This document shows, piece by piece, positions 1 to 13,300 of a stretch of DNA of 43,260 bases (within the stretch, counting starts at the first letter, position 1; every line of letters starts with the position of its first letter). Location: positions 1 to 43,260 of the forward strand of contig JAUCBJ010008680.1 of NCBI GenBank assembly GCA_032718475.1. The letters are read 5' to 3'. Both the position numbers and the translations under genes were made by a program. The notes beneath the pieces were generated by a model. The model was given only the letters and a program-made list of their open reading frames with translations, did not search any database and was not told the DNA's origin. Source of the stretch: Nemertoderma westbladi (Eukaryota > Animalia > Xenacoelomorpha).

Positions 1-957
1 CGAAAGGGAAATGGTTTTATTTAAATATCATACCCAGCGGAGTCGAAACGATAAATCGAGAATAGAACACGAGAACTCTATTCGAAATCAGCTCGAAAGA
101 AAGAACGTGGAAGAAGGCTTGTAAAGACAAATATAGGCGAACCACTGGAGAAGAGACATATGTTAATGTCCAGGGTCCATAATGTGAATAGTTTTCCCCG
201 GGGCACGGGTGCTCGCGGGCGGTCTCCTTCGGGAGGCTGTAAATTTCTCTTCCTTCATCGTTTTCCTGTAATTATTGTGATCAGTGTCACAATTAAAAGA
301 CAAGAATGAATGATGACGTGATGGAAAACTTGTCCATTGTGGTGTCTTATGGATACTACCCTATATCCTTCCTCCTCTTTACTCCCTTCATCGATCGACC
401 AATCATAGTGGTATCGTGGTATGGATCATACCTCATCCTAATAAATCTCCTCACCTTCTCTTCCCAACGCGCTCGGAGCTTCGGGAAACAAATACTAAAC
501 CTCCCAGCCCTTACTGTTCATCTGGATGCTAATATTGGTGTCCGCACCTCCTGTCCATGTCATATTCTGTTGATATTTATGATATCAACTTCCATCCTCT
601 CGTTCTTGATTAGATAATCAACCACTTCCTAATTTCCTCAAGTCCACAACCATGAAACAAGGACTGAAAGGACAAGTGGATAGTTTGTGAACAACTGGTA
701 CCATTATGTGTCATAAATCTGGTTGTTCACCTCCCTTAATGATTGGGGATATAAATCTTATGTAGAACAACTGAGGCAAACATATCTTTGAACTGGTGTT
801 TACCTCATCGTACTGGGGATAAATTCAATTGGAGATAGTCCTCGAATGTAACAATCCTCCTACTGAGATCGTATTTCGGAATATTTCAGAATGCGAAATA
901 GTTTTTCCTCTGCTCTACCATCGCTGTCGGAGAACATATTAGGCCTACAATGGGAAC

Positions 958-2733
958 ATGGAGAACATTCCATACCCTTTCGTTGATACTCAGCTGATTG
1001 CTCCTTGGGCCGAAGGCCGAGGTTTCTTTCGCACTATGTATGCCAATACACCCAGCGGCATTACTAAAGTACAACGGACATCCATCGGACATCTTGCCTT
1101 TCAAGAATATGGTTGGCATTTCAAAGTTGGAAATCCTATAAATTACCAGCAAGTATATGGAGATCATTACTCTCGTTTATATTTTGATGGACCATTAACT
1201 GCGCCTGGTGCCGTATATAGCTTTATGAGTGTTCCCCTTCGCCCTTCCTTAGCTATATACACGATCTTTGAAAACGCAGCACTTGCCGGTTGGCTAGCCG
1301 ATGTGTGCAGTCGTACCATACGCGCTCATCCGTTAATACTGGGAACTAAACTCGCCAAGTTAGACGAACACAATAAGTTCATACGTTTCGAATGTTTCCG
1401 GCGCTTTCTGACTCCGTTCCGTAACATCGATAGTCAGTTCAAGGATCGCGCGCTGACCAAGCTCAGTCTTAGAGACTCAGCTGCGGAGAAACTGAGTAGC
1501 GCTGGATTTGCCGTCTTTCAAGACGTTTGTATACAGAACCTACATTCATCCGTTATACAAAGACCCCGAATATCTACAGGTTATTCTGTCGTGGAAATAC
1601 AGACAGTGGGTCCACTTACGGAAACCGACGCACCCACTTCGTCTATGCAGCTGGAGGATGAACCAGTATGCTTGGAATCAGAAGCGATTCAACCTACGGC
1701 TTCCCGGAGCAGTGACAATGATTATGTCATAGAGTGGTATCAAGGTCCACAGCGTCTCACAGCGTACGACTATCGACACGCCAACTACGTTTCCCGAAAA
1801 CGTTGTCGATTATGCGCATCGAGAGACCACTTCACGCCTCTAGACTCGAGCGTACCTTGTTCCTATTTCCTCGAACAACCGATGATGGAAATATATTGTG
1901 CTTATTGCCGGCTTAATAACTCTCATATATTTGCCGTCTGCCCACAATTTATGACTCAATGTCATTACTGCCAGCTTAAAGGACACGAAAGTTACAATTG
2001 TCCCTTTAATCGCGATTTAGAGAGCGTAGACGAGATGATCACCCTGCGATACATCCGAGCTTGGGAAGCGAACGCAGATTTACATTGCGAATCCAGACAT
2101 CGCTATTACCCTGGACGAGCTTACGAGGGAGTTTACGCGTTCCATCCTTACCTATTCGCGTCGATTGAACAGAAAACACGCGTACCAAGTTACGAGTTAA
2201 TAAAGCGTGTTGGTGAGTGTATTTCCACCAAGTTTGTCAGGAAATACCTTAGAAACGTTAACCCTAATGATATAACCACATATCACCTGATCAATTTTGT
2301 CCGTCAGGACCCTGAGTATGGCGACATTTTCGTGAACTCGCATCCTGAACTCCAGGAAGTATCTCGGCGCCCATATGAATATCGAACCCGAGAACGCGAG
2401 CTGGAGAGAACCATTAAACCGAGAAAGTTCCTCACCACTCACGGTCCACCCACCGCTAGTGTCCAGACGACCCGTCAAGGACCCGTAGGAGCTGCTGTCC
2501 TGAGACGCGCTCTAAAGGCCGTTAGACCTCACTCCACTGAGGTTGATATTAATCAACCAGGTACTTCGACCGGCGGGTATACCGATCGTAACCCTGCACC
2601 TTCTGATGCAATTATATTGCACCCTTCGCCTAGGAGCTACAGCCCTCCTCGTAAAGTGGCTCGCCCCAAAGAGAAAAGGACTCTTGCTAGCCTCAAGAAA
2701 CTGCGTAAACGCCGTCCGCGCAAGAAAGACTAA
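958..2733 (+). CDS. Intronless 591-aa protein with three clustered CCHC-type zinc knuckles and a basic C-terminus; probably transposon/retroelement-derived
   Basis: CRLCASRDH...C, CAYCRLNNSHIFAVC and CHYCQLKGHESYNC (~1804-2001); ends KKLRKRRPRKKD (NLS-like); no RT, integrase or transposase motif recognised. Confidence 0.6.
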   Translation: MENIPYPFVDTQLIAPWAEGRGFFRTMYANTPSGITKVQRTSIGHLAFQEYGWHFKVGNPINYQQVYGDHYSRLYFDGPLTAPGAVYSFMSVPLRPSLAIYTIFENAALAGWLADVCSRTIRAHPLILGTKLAKLDEHNKFIRFECFRRFLTPFRNIDSQFKDRALTKLSLRDSAAEKLSSAGFAVFQDVCIQNLHSSVIQRPRISTGYSVVEIQTVGPLTETDAPTSSMQLEDEPVCLESEAIQPTASRSSDNDYVIEWYQGPQRLTAYDYRHANYVSRKRCRLCASRDHFTPLDSSVPCSYFLEQPMMEIYCAYCRLNNSHIFAVCPQFMTQCHYCQLKGHESYNCPFNRDLESVDEMITLRYIRAWEANADLHCESRHRYYPGRAYEGVYAFHPYLFASIEQKTRVPSYELIKRVGECISTKFVRKYLRNVNPNDITTYHLINFVRQDPEYGDIFVNSHPELQEVSRRPYEYRTRERELERTIKPRKFLTTHGPPTASVQTTRQGPVGAAVLRRALKAVRPHSTEVDINQPGTSTGGYTDRNPAPSDAIILHPSPRSYSPPRKVARPKEKRTLASLKKLRKRRPRKKD

Positions 2734-4105
2734 CTGTTTAGAGTATTTTTATATTTTAGAAACTGTGATTTTGTATATTTTATAGACTTCAATCCCATTT
2801 TCTGGGAGCGGTGTAAAAGCTTTTGTGGGATAACTGATTCGTTTGCCTTGTTGGCCAGTTCCCCCCCAGTCGCTAAGAATACTCTCAAAGTGATCTATAG
2901 CTAAAAATAGTGCAAGTTACCAGCTTATTGGCTGATTTGCTGTACGCAGGCATCTGGGCTCTGTTTAATCGGCCAACAAGCCTAGGGAGGTTGCGTCATA
3001 GCCTTGTTTTTGTATCTCCCAATAGAATTTGAGTTAGCCTTGATTTTGACCTATCACAGAGCTACTGAACTGAAATTTTCCTATCTCACTGCTCTTTCTC
3101 TGTGTTGAACGGGAGCTTCGTGGAATAAGGGTAGTTGGTATCCTCGTATAGAGCAGTAGTCACGAGTTTTTCAAAGCCACGAAAGAACGGCTTTTTAGTG
3201 TTTTGTGCTTTCTGCTTTTTAGCTCAACACTAGTAGGTTTAATTATAAGGACATATATCCTTTAACTCATGGAATCACTGCAGTAATCACTGCTGCATAA
3301 TACCTGCTGACACACGGCTTTTAATAACTGCTGAAACTGCTAAAATTTACCTGCTCAATCGATACTGTATACTGCTATTTGTTGTTGGTTATTCATTATA
3401 TTGGTTGATGAATTATTATATTGGAATAACGAGAAATAACCCCGAAACCCAATATTCTTGAAATACCGAAGGTAAGAGAGAAAGGTTACCAATAACGATT
3501 GTGACTTATGTTAAAGTGGTTTGAATTGAATCTAATGTTATTTGATAGACCCTACATGAGTCAGTCTGTGTTCCTTTTATATGTGACTAAAATCAGTGAA
3601 GATTGGCAGATTAGTGTGCAGTATTGTGCAGCATTGTGTATGAGTGAGTCTGTTAAAGAAGCAATTCCTAAAGAATGCGCCATATATGTGAATTATAATT
3701 AAGCCATATCGTTGTGAGTAGTTTAAGTCATAACTCTGTTTATATAGATAAAGCGCCACGTCCTAAAGGAACTGTTAATATTCCCGAAGGTGAATAATAT
3801 TGTCAGAGATTATATAATACTGTCAGTCGAATAATACATTAGGCTTACATAGCAATAAAATTAAACCGTCGAACCCAATCTCCCGGGAATATCCAGCGGG
3901 TGAATGGTCGCGCACAGATTGGTTTCGACTAGTGTAGTGAATCAAATACTTGTCATAGGCTAAAAAGCGATTTAATATCTAGAAGACATCTTAATTTGGC
4001 GGGTTAAACTGCCAAAGGTCTGAAAGCGCGAACAATACTGGTTGCTTAGCCACCCACTGGAATGGCATATTCAAGCCTTTATTAACAGCGCGTAACATCT
4101 CAATT

Positions 4106-5365
4106 CTATGACGCACTATACTAAGCTCTACGACGCACTATACTAAGCTCTACGACGCACTATACTAAGCTCTACGACGCACTATACTAAGCTCTACGAT
4201 GCACTATACTAAGCTCTACGACGCACTATACTAAGCTCTACGACGTACTACACTAAGCTCTACGACGCACTATACTAAGCTCTACGACGCACTATACTAA
4301 GCTCTACGACGCACTATACTAAGCTCTACGACGCACTATACTAAGCTCTACGACGCACTATACTAAGCTCTACGACGCACTATACTAAGCTCTACGACGT
4401 ACTACACTAAGCTCTACGACGCACTATACTAAGCTCTACGACGCACTATACTAAGCTCTACGACGTACTACACTAAGCTCTACGACGCACTATACTAAGC
4501 TCTACGACGCACTATACTAAGCTCTACGACGCACTATACTAAGCTCTACGACGTACTACACTAAGCTCTACGACGCACTATACTAAGCCCTACGACGCAC
4601 TATACTAAGCTCTACGACGCACTATACTAAGCTCTACGACGCACTATACTAAGCCCTACGACGCACTATACTAAGCTCTACGACGCACTATACTAAGCTC
4701 TACAACGCACTATACTAAGCTCTACGACGCACTATACTAAGCTCTACGACGCACTATACTAAGCTCTACGACGCACTATACTAAGCTCTACGACGCACTA
4801 TACTAATCTCTACGACGCACTATACTAAGCTCTACGACGCACTATACTAAGCTCTACGACGCACTATACTAAGCTCTACGACGCACTATACTAAGCCCTA
4901 CGACGCACTATACTAAGCTCTACGACGCACTATACTAAGCTCTACGACGCACTATACTAAGCCCTACGACGCACTATACTAAGCTCTACGACGCACTATA
5001 CTAAGCTCTACGACGCACTATACTAAGCTCTACGACGCACTATACTAAGCTCTACGACGCACTATACTAAGCTCTACGACGCACTATACTACGCTCTACG
5101 ACGCACTATACTAAGCTCTACGACGCACTATACTAAGCTCTACGACGCACTATACTAAGCTCTACGACGCACTATACTAAGCTCTACGATGCACTATACT
5201 ACGCTCTACGACGCACTATACTAAGCCCTACGACGCACTATACTAAGCTCTACGACGCACTATACTAAGCTCTACGACGCACTATACTAAGCTCTACGAC
5301 GCACTATACTACGCTCTACGACGCACTATACTAAGCTCTACGATGCACTATACTAAGCTCTACGA
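4106..5365. repeat. 22-bp minisatellite, ~57 copies (ACGCACTATACTAAGCTCTACG)
   Basis: Direct tandem copies with a few recurrent substitutions (gtactacac, aagccct, tacgctct). Confidence 0.97.
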
Positions 5366-7181
5366 CAAAGGATTATGCGTGAGATTGTTGACGCTTTATT
5401 CTTTACCAATTAACAGCTGTGTCTGTACTCTCCCGACTGTGGTGCCTACATTTTTATTATTTTATAAAACGGAGTTTAAGAGAATAAAAGATAAATAATA
5501 AGTAACTTGGTAGTTTAAAAATAGAAGGCGGTAACGGTACTCGTTTCCATAGGAACAGTGTGACATTTCTCTAGCAACCGCTGTATACGAAATGTAATTA
5601 TTATTGAAACTTGGGATAAACAACATGACTAGAAATAGTAGATGGTTAGTAGTAGTGACATTGGAGATGATGAGCGTTTCCATAGCAACAAGGTGACCTT
5701 TCCCTAGCAAATACTGGAAATGTAGTGTAATATAATGACCCCACTAGTCGTTTCAGGAATGACAATGACTGACCACCACATTCACTCTCGTGGCCACGGG
5801 CCGGATGCCACAGAACTATATCACACACAGACTGATTAATTGTATAATAGCAGTGCGGTGGCCTGCAAGTCTCAGCCGTCGTGCATGCAGAGTGGTACTG
5901 GGTTTTAGGGACCTACCTATCCTGTGAAGGACCAACAGTTCGACCAACGGAACCCTATCCAGACTGTTTGTGATGGTAGAAAATAAGTTACCTAATGATA
6001 AACGAATTGGACAAATTTATTCCGACAGTATTTCTTTCGTTGTAAAAGGACATCATATGATTATTTATTCTCTACCTACATGATGTATTGCACTCCAACC
6101 CAAGGCGTTCTAAACACTTTGTTTACGAGGCCTTCATCCAATCCACATATCAACAACAGCCTAATAAATGAAAAGTAAAAGATATCCTATTTTCAATCGC
6201 GAAAGCCATAATTTCTGATCCGTGTGTTTATTTACTCGTCTTAAGATTTGATGACAGTTGATTCTATATTTTTTTGCGTTCTCCATTCCGATAAGGCTTT
6301 CTGAGCCATCATTTATAGCCTTTTTTTTCACATTAAAAAATCTCCAAAGCCCTCTTTACAAAGTTGAATTTTTTCACTTCCTAAATTCCTAAATCAACTT
6401 TCAACTTCCTAAATACCTTATACACCCAGTAGTATTCACTTTCTTTCATTTCTTTTAGTGATATAAAGACCTGCCATTAGCTATGTTGGGAGAGCGTTGT
6501 ACTTAACTATTTTCTAAAAGAGTAGCAATTGTGAAAAGTAGCAGCTTTTCATTTCTGTTTCATATGTTCAGTTATCGGCGTTCTATTCTCCTATTCATAA
6601 TTAAAGACTTTAATATTCTAATGATTATGAATATTGATGAAATTATTATCCATATATGAGACTAAATACAAATAGACTGAAATAGACAGACAGACAGATA
6701 GACAAATAGACAGATACTTAAACACGGTAACCACGGTAACCTCGGTGTACGACAAACAATCTTACAACAGTGTTTTGGATTTCATCAGAGCGATGATAAT
6801 TTATCATAATGGTAACATTATATCGATAAACAAAATTACAAATTTTCTTAACTCTACATCAATTACATTTAAATGGAATTGTTCATGGTTTTCAATTTCT
6901 CATAAAGTGATGCATAGTATAAGTATAAAATGATATACAGTATAATATTTGATAAACCTAATTATAACATAGATGTACATTCTATTATGTTAATTACAAC
7001 AAATATTACATTTTGTGAGTTATATAAAAAATGTATCCCTAAGTTTTATATAACTAATGGAGAAGAGGGTATAGTAAAAAAATAGAAACCAATAAATATA
7101 TAACGATATTATGGTGAAGTAAAGGGAATGCTTTAAGCACCTTATAAAATGATTTGATACAGTTAATCATTATATATACAT

Positions 7182-7347
7182 CTATGTAGCTGTAGATTGG
7201 TAATACTTGTTTGTGTTGACATCGTTGGGTTCGGTAGATTGGTGGCTAGGATTTTGATTCGGGTGGACTGGTAACCTCAGGCGATCCCTTCTAGAAAGCA
7301 TCTCCAGGGTGCGGTGGTGTGAGTGAAGACTATCCATGTTATCCAAA
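7182..7347 (-). CDS. cac: Probable terminal coding exon of the Cav2 gene
   Basis: ttctttcag|T TTG GAT AAC...GCT ACA TAG; encodes [54 protein letters not shown]; phase 2 matches. Confidence 0.68.
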
Positions 7348-10300
7348 CTGAAAGAATAATTATTGGAAATAAGTTTGTATATATTAATGTAATTTGTATA
7401 ATATTTTTTTTAATTTAATTTATTGTGATAAAGAAAAGTGATCGGGTCCACGCCACTCTTACTCCCAATGTTGAATACTCGTCGTCTCCATCCAAACATT
7501 TAAATTACGTCCCGTAACGGCTACAGGTTCCGACCTGAATTGAAACAGGTCATCCTCGCAGCAGGCAGCACGATATATTTATGCTTATTTATACACATAT
7601 ATATACATATTTTACCTAATAATGCGGTTGGGAGATAGAATCCGAGGTCTGTAATTATTTAGATTAGGAATTGAGGATTCTGTGCTGCTAGTGTAACTTG
7701 GTAGACTGTTTATTGTCTTCAATCGATTGTCGAGAGCGGCGGTGTTGAGCTGATGAATGTCGGCGAGCCGGTAATGCGGTGGGATGTCGTTCGCTTCGGC
7801 GTCGTTGTCGCTACCAACTGAATCTCCCGGTAAACTATCGACGTTGTTAGAAACAAATTTACCAACATCCTCAATGATTTGTGAGTTCTGTAAAACAAAT
7901 TTACCAACATCCTCAATGATTTGTGAGTTCTGTAAAACAAATTTACCAACATCCTCAATGATTTGTGAGTTCTGTAAAAAAAATTTACCAACATCCTCAA
8001 TGATTTGTGAGTTCTGTAAAACAAATTTACCAACATCCTCAATGATTTGTGAGTTCTGTAAAACAAATTTACCAACATCCTCAATGATTTGTGAGTTCTG
8101 TAAAACAAATTTACCAACATCCTCAATGATTTGTGAGTTCTGTAAAAAAAATTTACCAACATCCTCAATGATTTGTGAGTTCTGTAAAACAAATTTACCA
8201 ACATCCTCAATGATTTGTGAGTTCTGTAAAAAAAATTTACCAACATCCTCAATGATTTGTGAGTTCTGTAAAACAAATTTACCAACATCCTCAATGATTT
8301 GTGAGTTCTGTAAAACAAATTTTTCCAACATCCTCAATGATTTGTGAGTTCTGTAAAACAAATTTACCAACATCCTCAATGATTTGTGAGTTCTGTAAAA
8401 CAAATTTACCAACATCCTCAATGATTTGTGAGTTCTGTAAAACAAATTTACCAACATCCTCAATGATTTGTGAGTTCTGTAAAACAAATTTACTAACATC
8501 CTCAATGATTTGTGAGTTCTGTAAAAAAAATTTACCAACATCCTCAATGATTTGTGAGTTCTGTAAAACAAATTTACCAACATCCTCAATGATTTGTGAG
8601 TTCTGTAAAACAAATTTTTCCAACATCCTCAATGATTTGTGAGTTCTGTAAAACAAATTTACCAACATCCTCAATGATTTGTGAGTTCTGTAAAACAAAT
8701 TTACCACCATCCTCAATGATTTGTGAGTTCTGTAAAACAAATTTACCAACATCCTCAATGATTTGTGAGTTCTGTAAAACAAATTTACTAACATCCTCAA
8801 TGATTTGTGAGTTCTGTAAAACAAATTTACCAACATCCTCAATGATTTGTGAGTTCTGTAAAACAAATTTACCAACATCCTCAATGATTTGTGAGTTCTG
8901 TAAAACAAATTTACCAACATCCTCAATGATTTGTGAGTTCTGTAAAACAAATTTACCAACATCCTCAATGATTTGTGAGTTCTGTAAAACAAATTTACTA
9001 ACATCCTCAATGATTTGTGAGTTCTGTAAAACAAATTTACCAACATCCTCAATGATTTGTGAGTTCTGTAAAACAAATTTACTAACATCCTCAATGATTT
9101 GTGAGTTCTGTAAAACAAATTTACCAACATCCTTAATGATTTGTGAGTTCTGTAAAACAAATTTACTAACATCCTCAATGATTTGTGAGTTCTGTAAAAC
9201 AAATTTACCAACATCCTCAATGATTTGTGAGTTCTGTAAAACAAATTTACCAACATCCTCAATGATTTGTCAGTTCTGTAAAACAAATTTACCAACATCC
9301 TCAATTATTTGTGAGTTCTGTAAAACAAATTTACCAACATCCTCAATGATTTGTGAGTTCTGTAAAACAAATTGACCAACATCCTCAATGATTTGTGAGT
9401 TCTGTAAAACAAATTTACCAACATCCTCAATGATTTGTGAGTTCTGTAAAACAAATTTACCAACATCCTCAATGATTTGTGAGTTCTGTAAAACAAATTT
9501 ACCAACATCCTCAATGATTTGTGAGTTCTGTAAAACAAATTTACCAACATCCTCAATGATTTGTGAGTTCTGTAAAACAAATTTACCAACATCCTCAATG
9601 ATTTGTGAGTTCTGTAAAACAAATTTACCAACATCCTCAATGATTTGTGAGTTCTGTAAAACAAATTTACCAACATCCTCAATGATTTGTGAGTTCTGTA
9701 AAACAAATTTACTAACATCCTCAATGATTTGTGAGTTCTGTAAAACAAATTTACCAACATTCTCAATGATTTGTGAGTTCTGTAAAACAAATTTACCAAC
9801 ATCCTCAATGATTTGTGAGTTCTGTAAAACAAATTTACCAACATCCTCAATGATTTGTGAGTTCTGTAAAACAAATTTACCAACATCCTCAATGATTTGT
9901 GAGTTCTGTAAAACAAATTTACTAACATCCTCAATGATTTGTGAGTTCTGTAAAACAAATTTACCAACATTCTCAATGATTTGTGAGTTCTGTAAAACAA
10001 ATTTACCAACATCCTCAATGATTTGTGAGTTCTGTAAAACAAATTTACTAACATCCTCAATGATTTGTGAGTTCTGTAAAACAAATTTACTAACATCCTC
10101 AATGATTTGTGAGTTCTGTAAAACAAATTTACTAACATCCTCAATGATTTGTGAGTTCTGTAAAACAAATTTACTAACATCCTCAATGATTTGTGAGTTC
10201 TGTAAAACAAATTTACTAACATCCTCAATGATTTGTGAGTTCTGTAAAACAAATTTACCAACATCCTCAATGATTTGTGAGTTCTGTAAAACAAATTTAC

Positions 10301-13300
10301 CAACATCCTCAATGATTTGTGAGTTCTGTAAAACAAATTTACTAACATCCTCAATGATTTGTGAGTTCTGTAAAACAAATTTACCAACATCCTCAATGAT
10401 TTGTGAGTTCTGTAAAACAAATTTACCAACATCCTCAATGATTTGTGAGTTCTGTAAAACAAATTTACTAACATCCTCAATGATTTGTGAGTTCTGTAAA
10501 ACAAATTTACCAACATTCTCAATGATTTGTGAGTTCTGTAAAACAAATTTACCAACATCCTCAATGATTTGTGAGTTCTGTAAAACAAATTTACCAACAT
10601 CCTCAATGATTTGTGAGTTCTGTAAAACAAATTTACTAACATCCTCAATGATTTGTGAGTTCTGTAAAACAAATTTACTAACATCCTCAATGATTTGTGA
10701 GTTCTGTAAAACAAATTTACCAACATCCTCAATGATTTGTGAGTTCTGTAAAACAAATTTACTAACATCCTCAATGATTTGTGAGTTCTGTAAAACAAAT
10801 TTACTAACATCCTCAATGATTTGTGAGTTCTGTAAAACAAATTTACCAACATCCTCAATGATTTGTGAGTTCTGTAAAACAAATTTACCAACATCCTCAA
10901 TGATTTGTGAGTTCTGTAAAACAAATTTACCAACATCCTCAATTATTTGTGAGTTCTGTAAAACAAATTTACCAACATCCTCAATGATTTGTGAGTTCTG
11001 TAAAACAAATTTACCAACATCCTCAATGATTTGTGAGTTCTGTAAAACAAATTTACTAACATCCTCAATGATTTGTGAGTTCTGTAAAACAAATTTACCA
11101 ACATCCTCAATGATTTGTGAGTTCTGTAAAACAAATTTACCAACATCCTCAATGATTTGTGAGTTCTGTAAAACAAATTTACTAACATCCTCAATGATTT
11201 GTGAGTTCTGTAAAACAAATTTACCAACATCCTCAATGATTTGTGAGTTCTGTAAAACAAATTTACCAACATCCTCAATGATTTGTGAGTTCTGTAAAAC
11301 AAATTTACTAACATCCTCAATGATTTGTGAGTTCTGTAAAACAAATTTACCAACATCCTCAATGATTTGTGAGTTCTGTAAAACAAATTTACTAACATCC
11401 TCAATGATTTGTGAGTTCTGTAAAACAAATTTACCAACATTCTCAATGATTTGTGAGTTCTGTAAAACAAATTTACCAACATCCTCAATGATTTGTGAGT
11501 TCTGTAAAACAAATTTACCAACATCCTCAATGATTTGTGAGTTCTGTAAAACAAATTTACCAACATCCTCAATGATTTGTGAGTTCTGTAAAACAAATTT
11601 ACTAACATCCTCAATGATTTGTGAGTTCTGTAAAAAAAATTTACCAACATCCTCAATGATTTGTGAGTTCTGTAAAACAAATTTACCAACATCCTCAATG
11701 ATTTGTGAGTTCTGTAAAACAAATTTTCCAACATCCTCAATGATTTGTGAGTTCTGTAAAACAAATTTACCAACATCCTCAATGATTTGTGAGTTCTGTA
11801 AAACAAATTTACCACCATCCTCAATGATTTGTGAGTTCTGTAAAACAAATTTACCAACATCCTCAATGATTTGTGAGTTCTGTAAAACAAATTTACTAAC
11901 ATCCTCAATGATTTGTGAGTTCTGTAAAACAAATTTACCAACATCCTCAATGATTTGTGAGTTCTGTAAAACAAATTTACCAACATCCTCAATGATTTGT
12001 GAGTTCTGTAAAACAAATTTACCAACATCCTCAATGATTTGTGAGTTCTGTAAAACAAATTTACCAACATCCTCAATGATTTGTGAGTTCTGTAAAACAA
12101 ATTTACTAACATCCTCAATGATTTGTGAGTTCTGTAAAACAAATTTACCAACATCCTCAATGATTTGTGAGTTCTGTAAAACAAATTTACTAACATCCTC
12201 AATGATTTGTGAGTTCTGTAAAACAAATTTACCAACATCCTCAATGATTTGTGAGTTCTGTAAAACAAATTTACTAACATCCTCAATGATTTGTGAGTTC
12301 TGTAAAACAAATTTACCAACATCCTCAATGATTTGTGAGTTCTGTAAAACAAATTTACCAACATCCTCAATGATTTGTCAGTTCTGTAAAACAAATTTAC
12401 CAACATCCTCAATTATTTGTGAGTTCTGTAAAACAAATTTACCAACATCCTCAATGATTTGTGAGTTCTGTAAAACAAATTTACCAACATCCTCAATGAT
12501 TTGTGAGTTCTGTAAAACAAATTTACCAACATCCTCAATGATTTGTGAGTTCTGTAAAACAAATTTACCAACATCCTCAATGATTTGTGAGTTCTGTAAA
12601 ACAAATTTACCAACATCCTCAATGATTTGTGAGTTCTGTAAAACAAATTTACCAACATCCTCAATGATTTGTGAGTTCTGTAAAACAAATTTACCAACAT
12701 CCTCAATGATTTGTGAGTTCTGTAAAACAAATTTACCAACATCCTCAATGATTTGTGAGTTCTGTAAAACAAATTTACCAACATCCTCAATGATTTGTGA
12801 GTTCTGTAAAACAAATTTACTAACATCCTCAATGATTTGTGAGTTCTGTAAAACAAATTTACCAACATCCTCAATGATTTGTGAGTTCTGTAAAACAAAT
12901 TTACCAACATCCTCAATGATTTGTGAGTTCTGTAAAACAAATTTACCAACATCCTCAATGATTTGTGAGTTCTGTAAAACAAATTTACCAACATCCTCAA
13001 TGATTTGTGAGTTCTGTAAAACAAATTTACTAACATCCTCAATGATTTGTGAGTTCTGTAAAACAAATTTACCAACATCCTCAATGATTTGTGAGTTCTG
13101 TAAAACAAATTTACCAACATCCTCAATGATTTGTGAGTTCTGTAAAACAAATTTACTAACATCCTCAATGATTTGTGAGTTCTGTAAAACAGATTTACTA
13201 ACATCCTCAATGATTTGTGAGTTCTGTAAAACAAATTTACTAACATCCTCAATGATTTGTGAGTTCTGTAAAACAAATTTACTAACATCCTCAATGATTT

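Noticed and set aside
1-950. ORF 306-617 or a pol remnant upstream of the knuckle ORF
   Set aside because: No recognisable integrase, RT or other motif in the frames I read.
4080-5400. Terminal inverted repeats flanking the 22-bp array
   Set aside because: Only loose similarity (gcgcgtaacatctc versus gagattgttgacgc), and no TSD.
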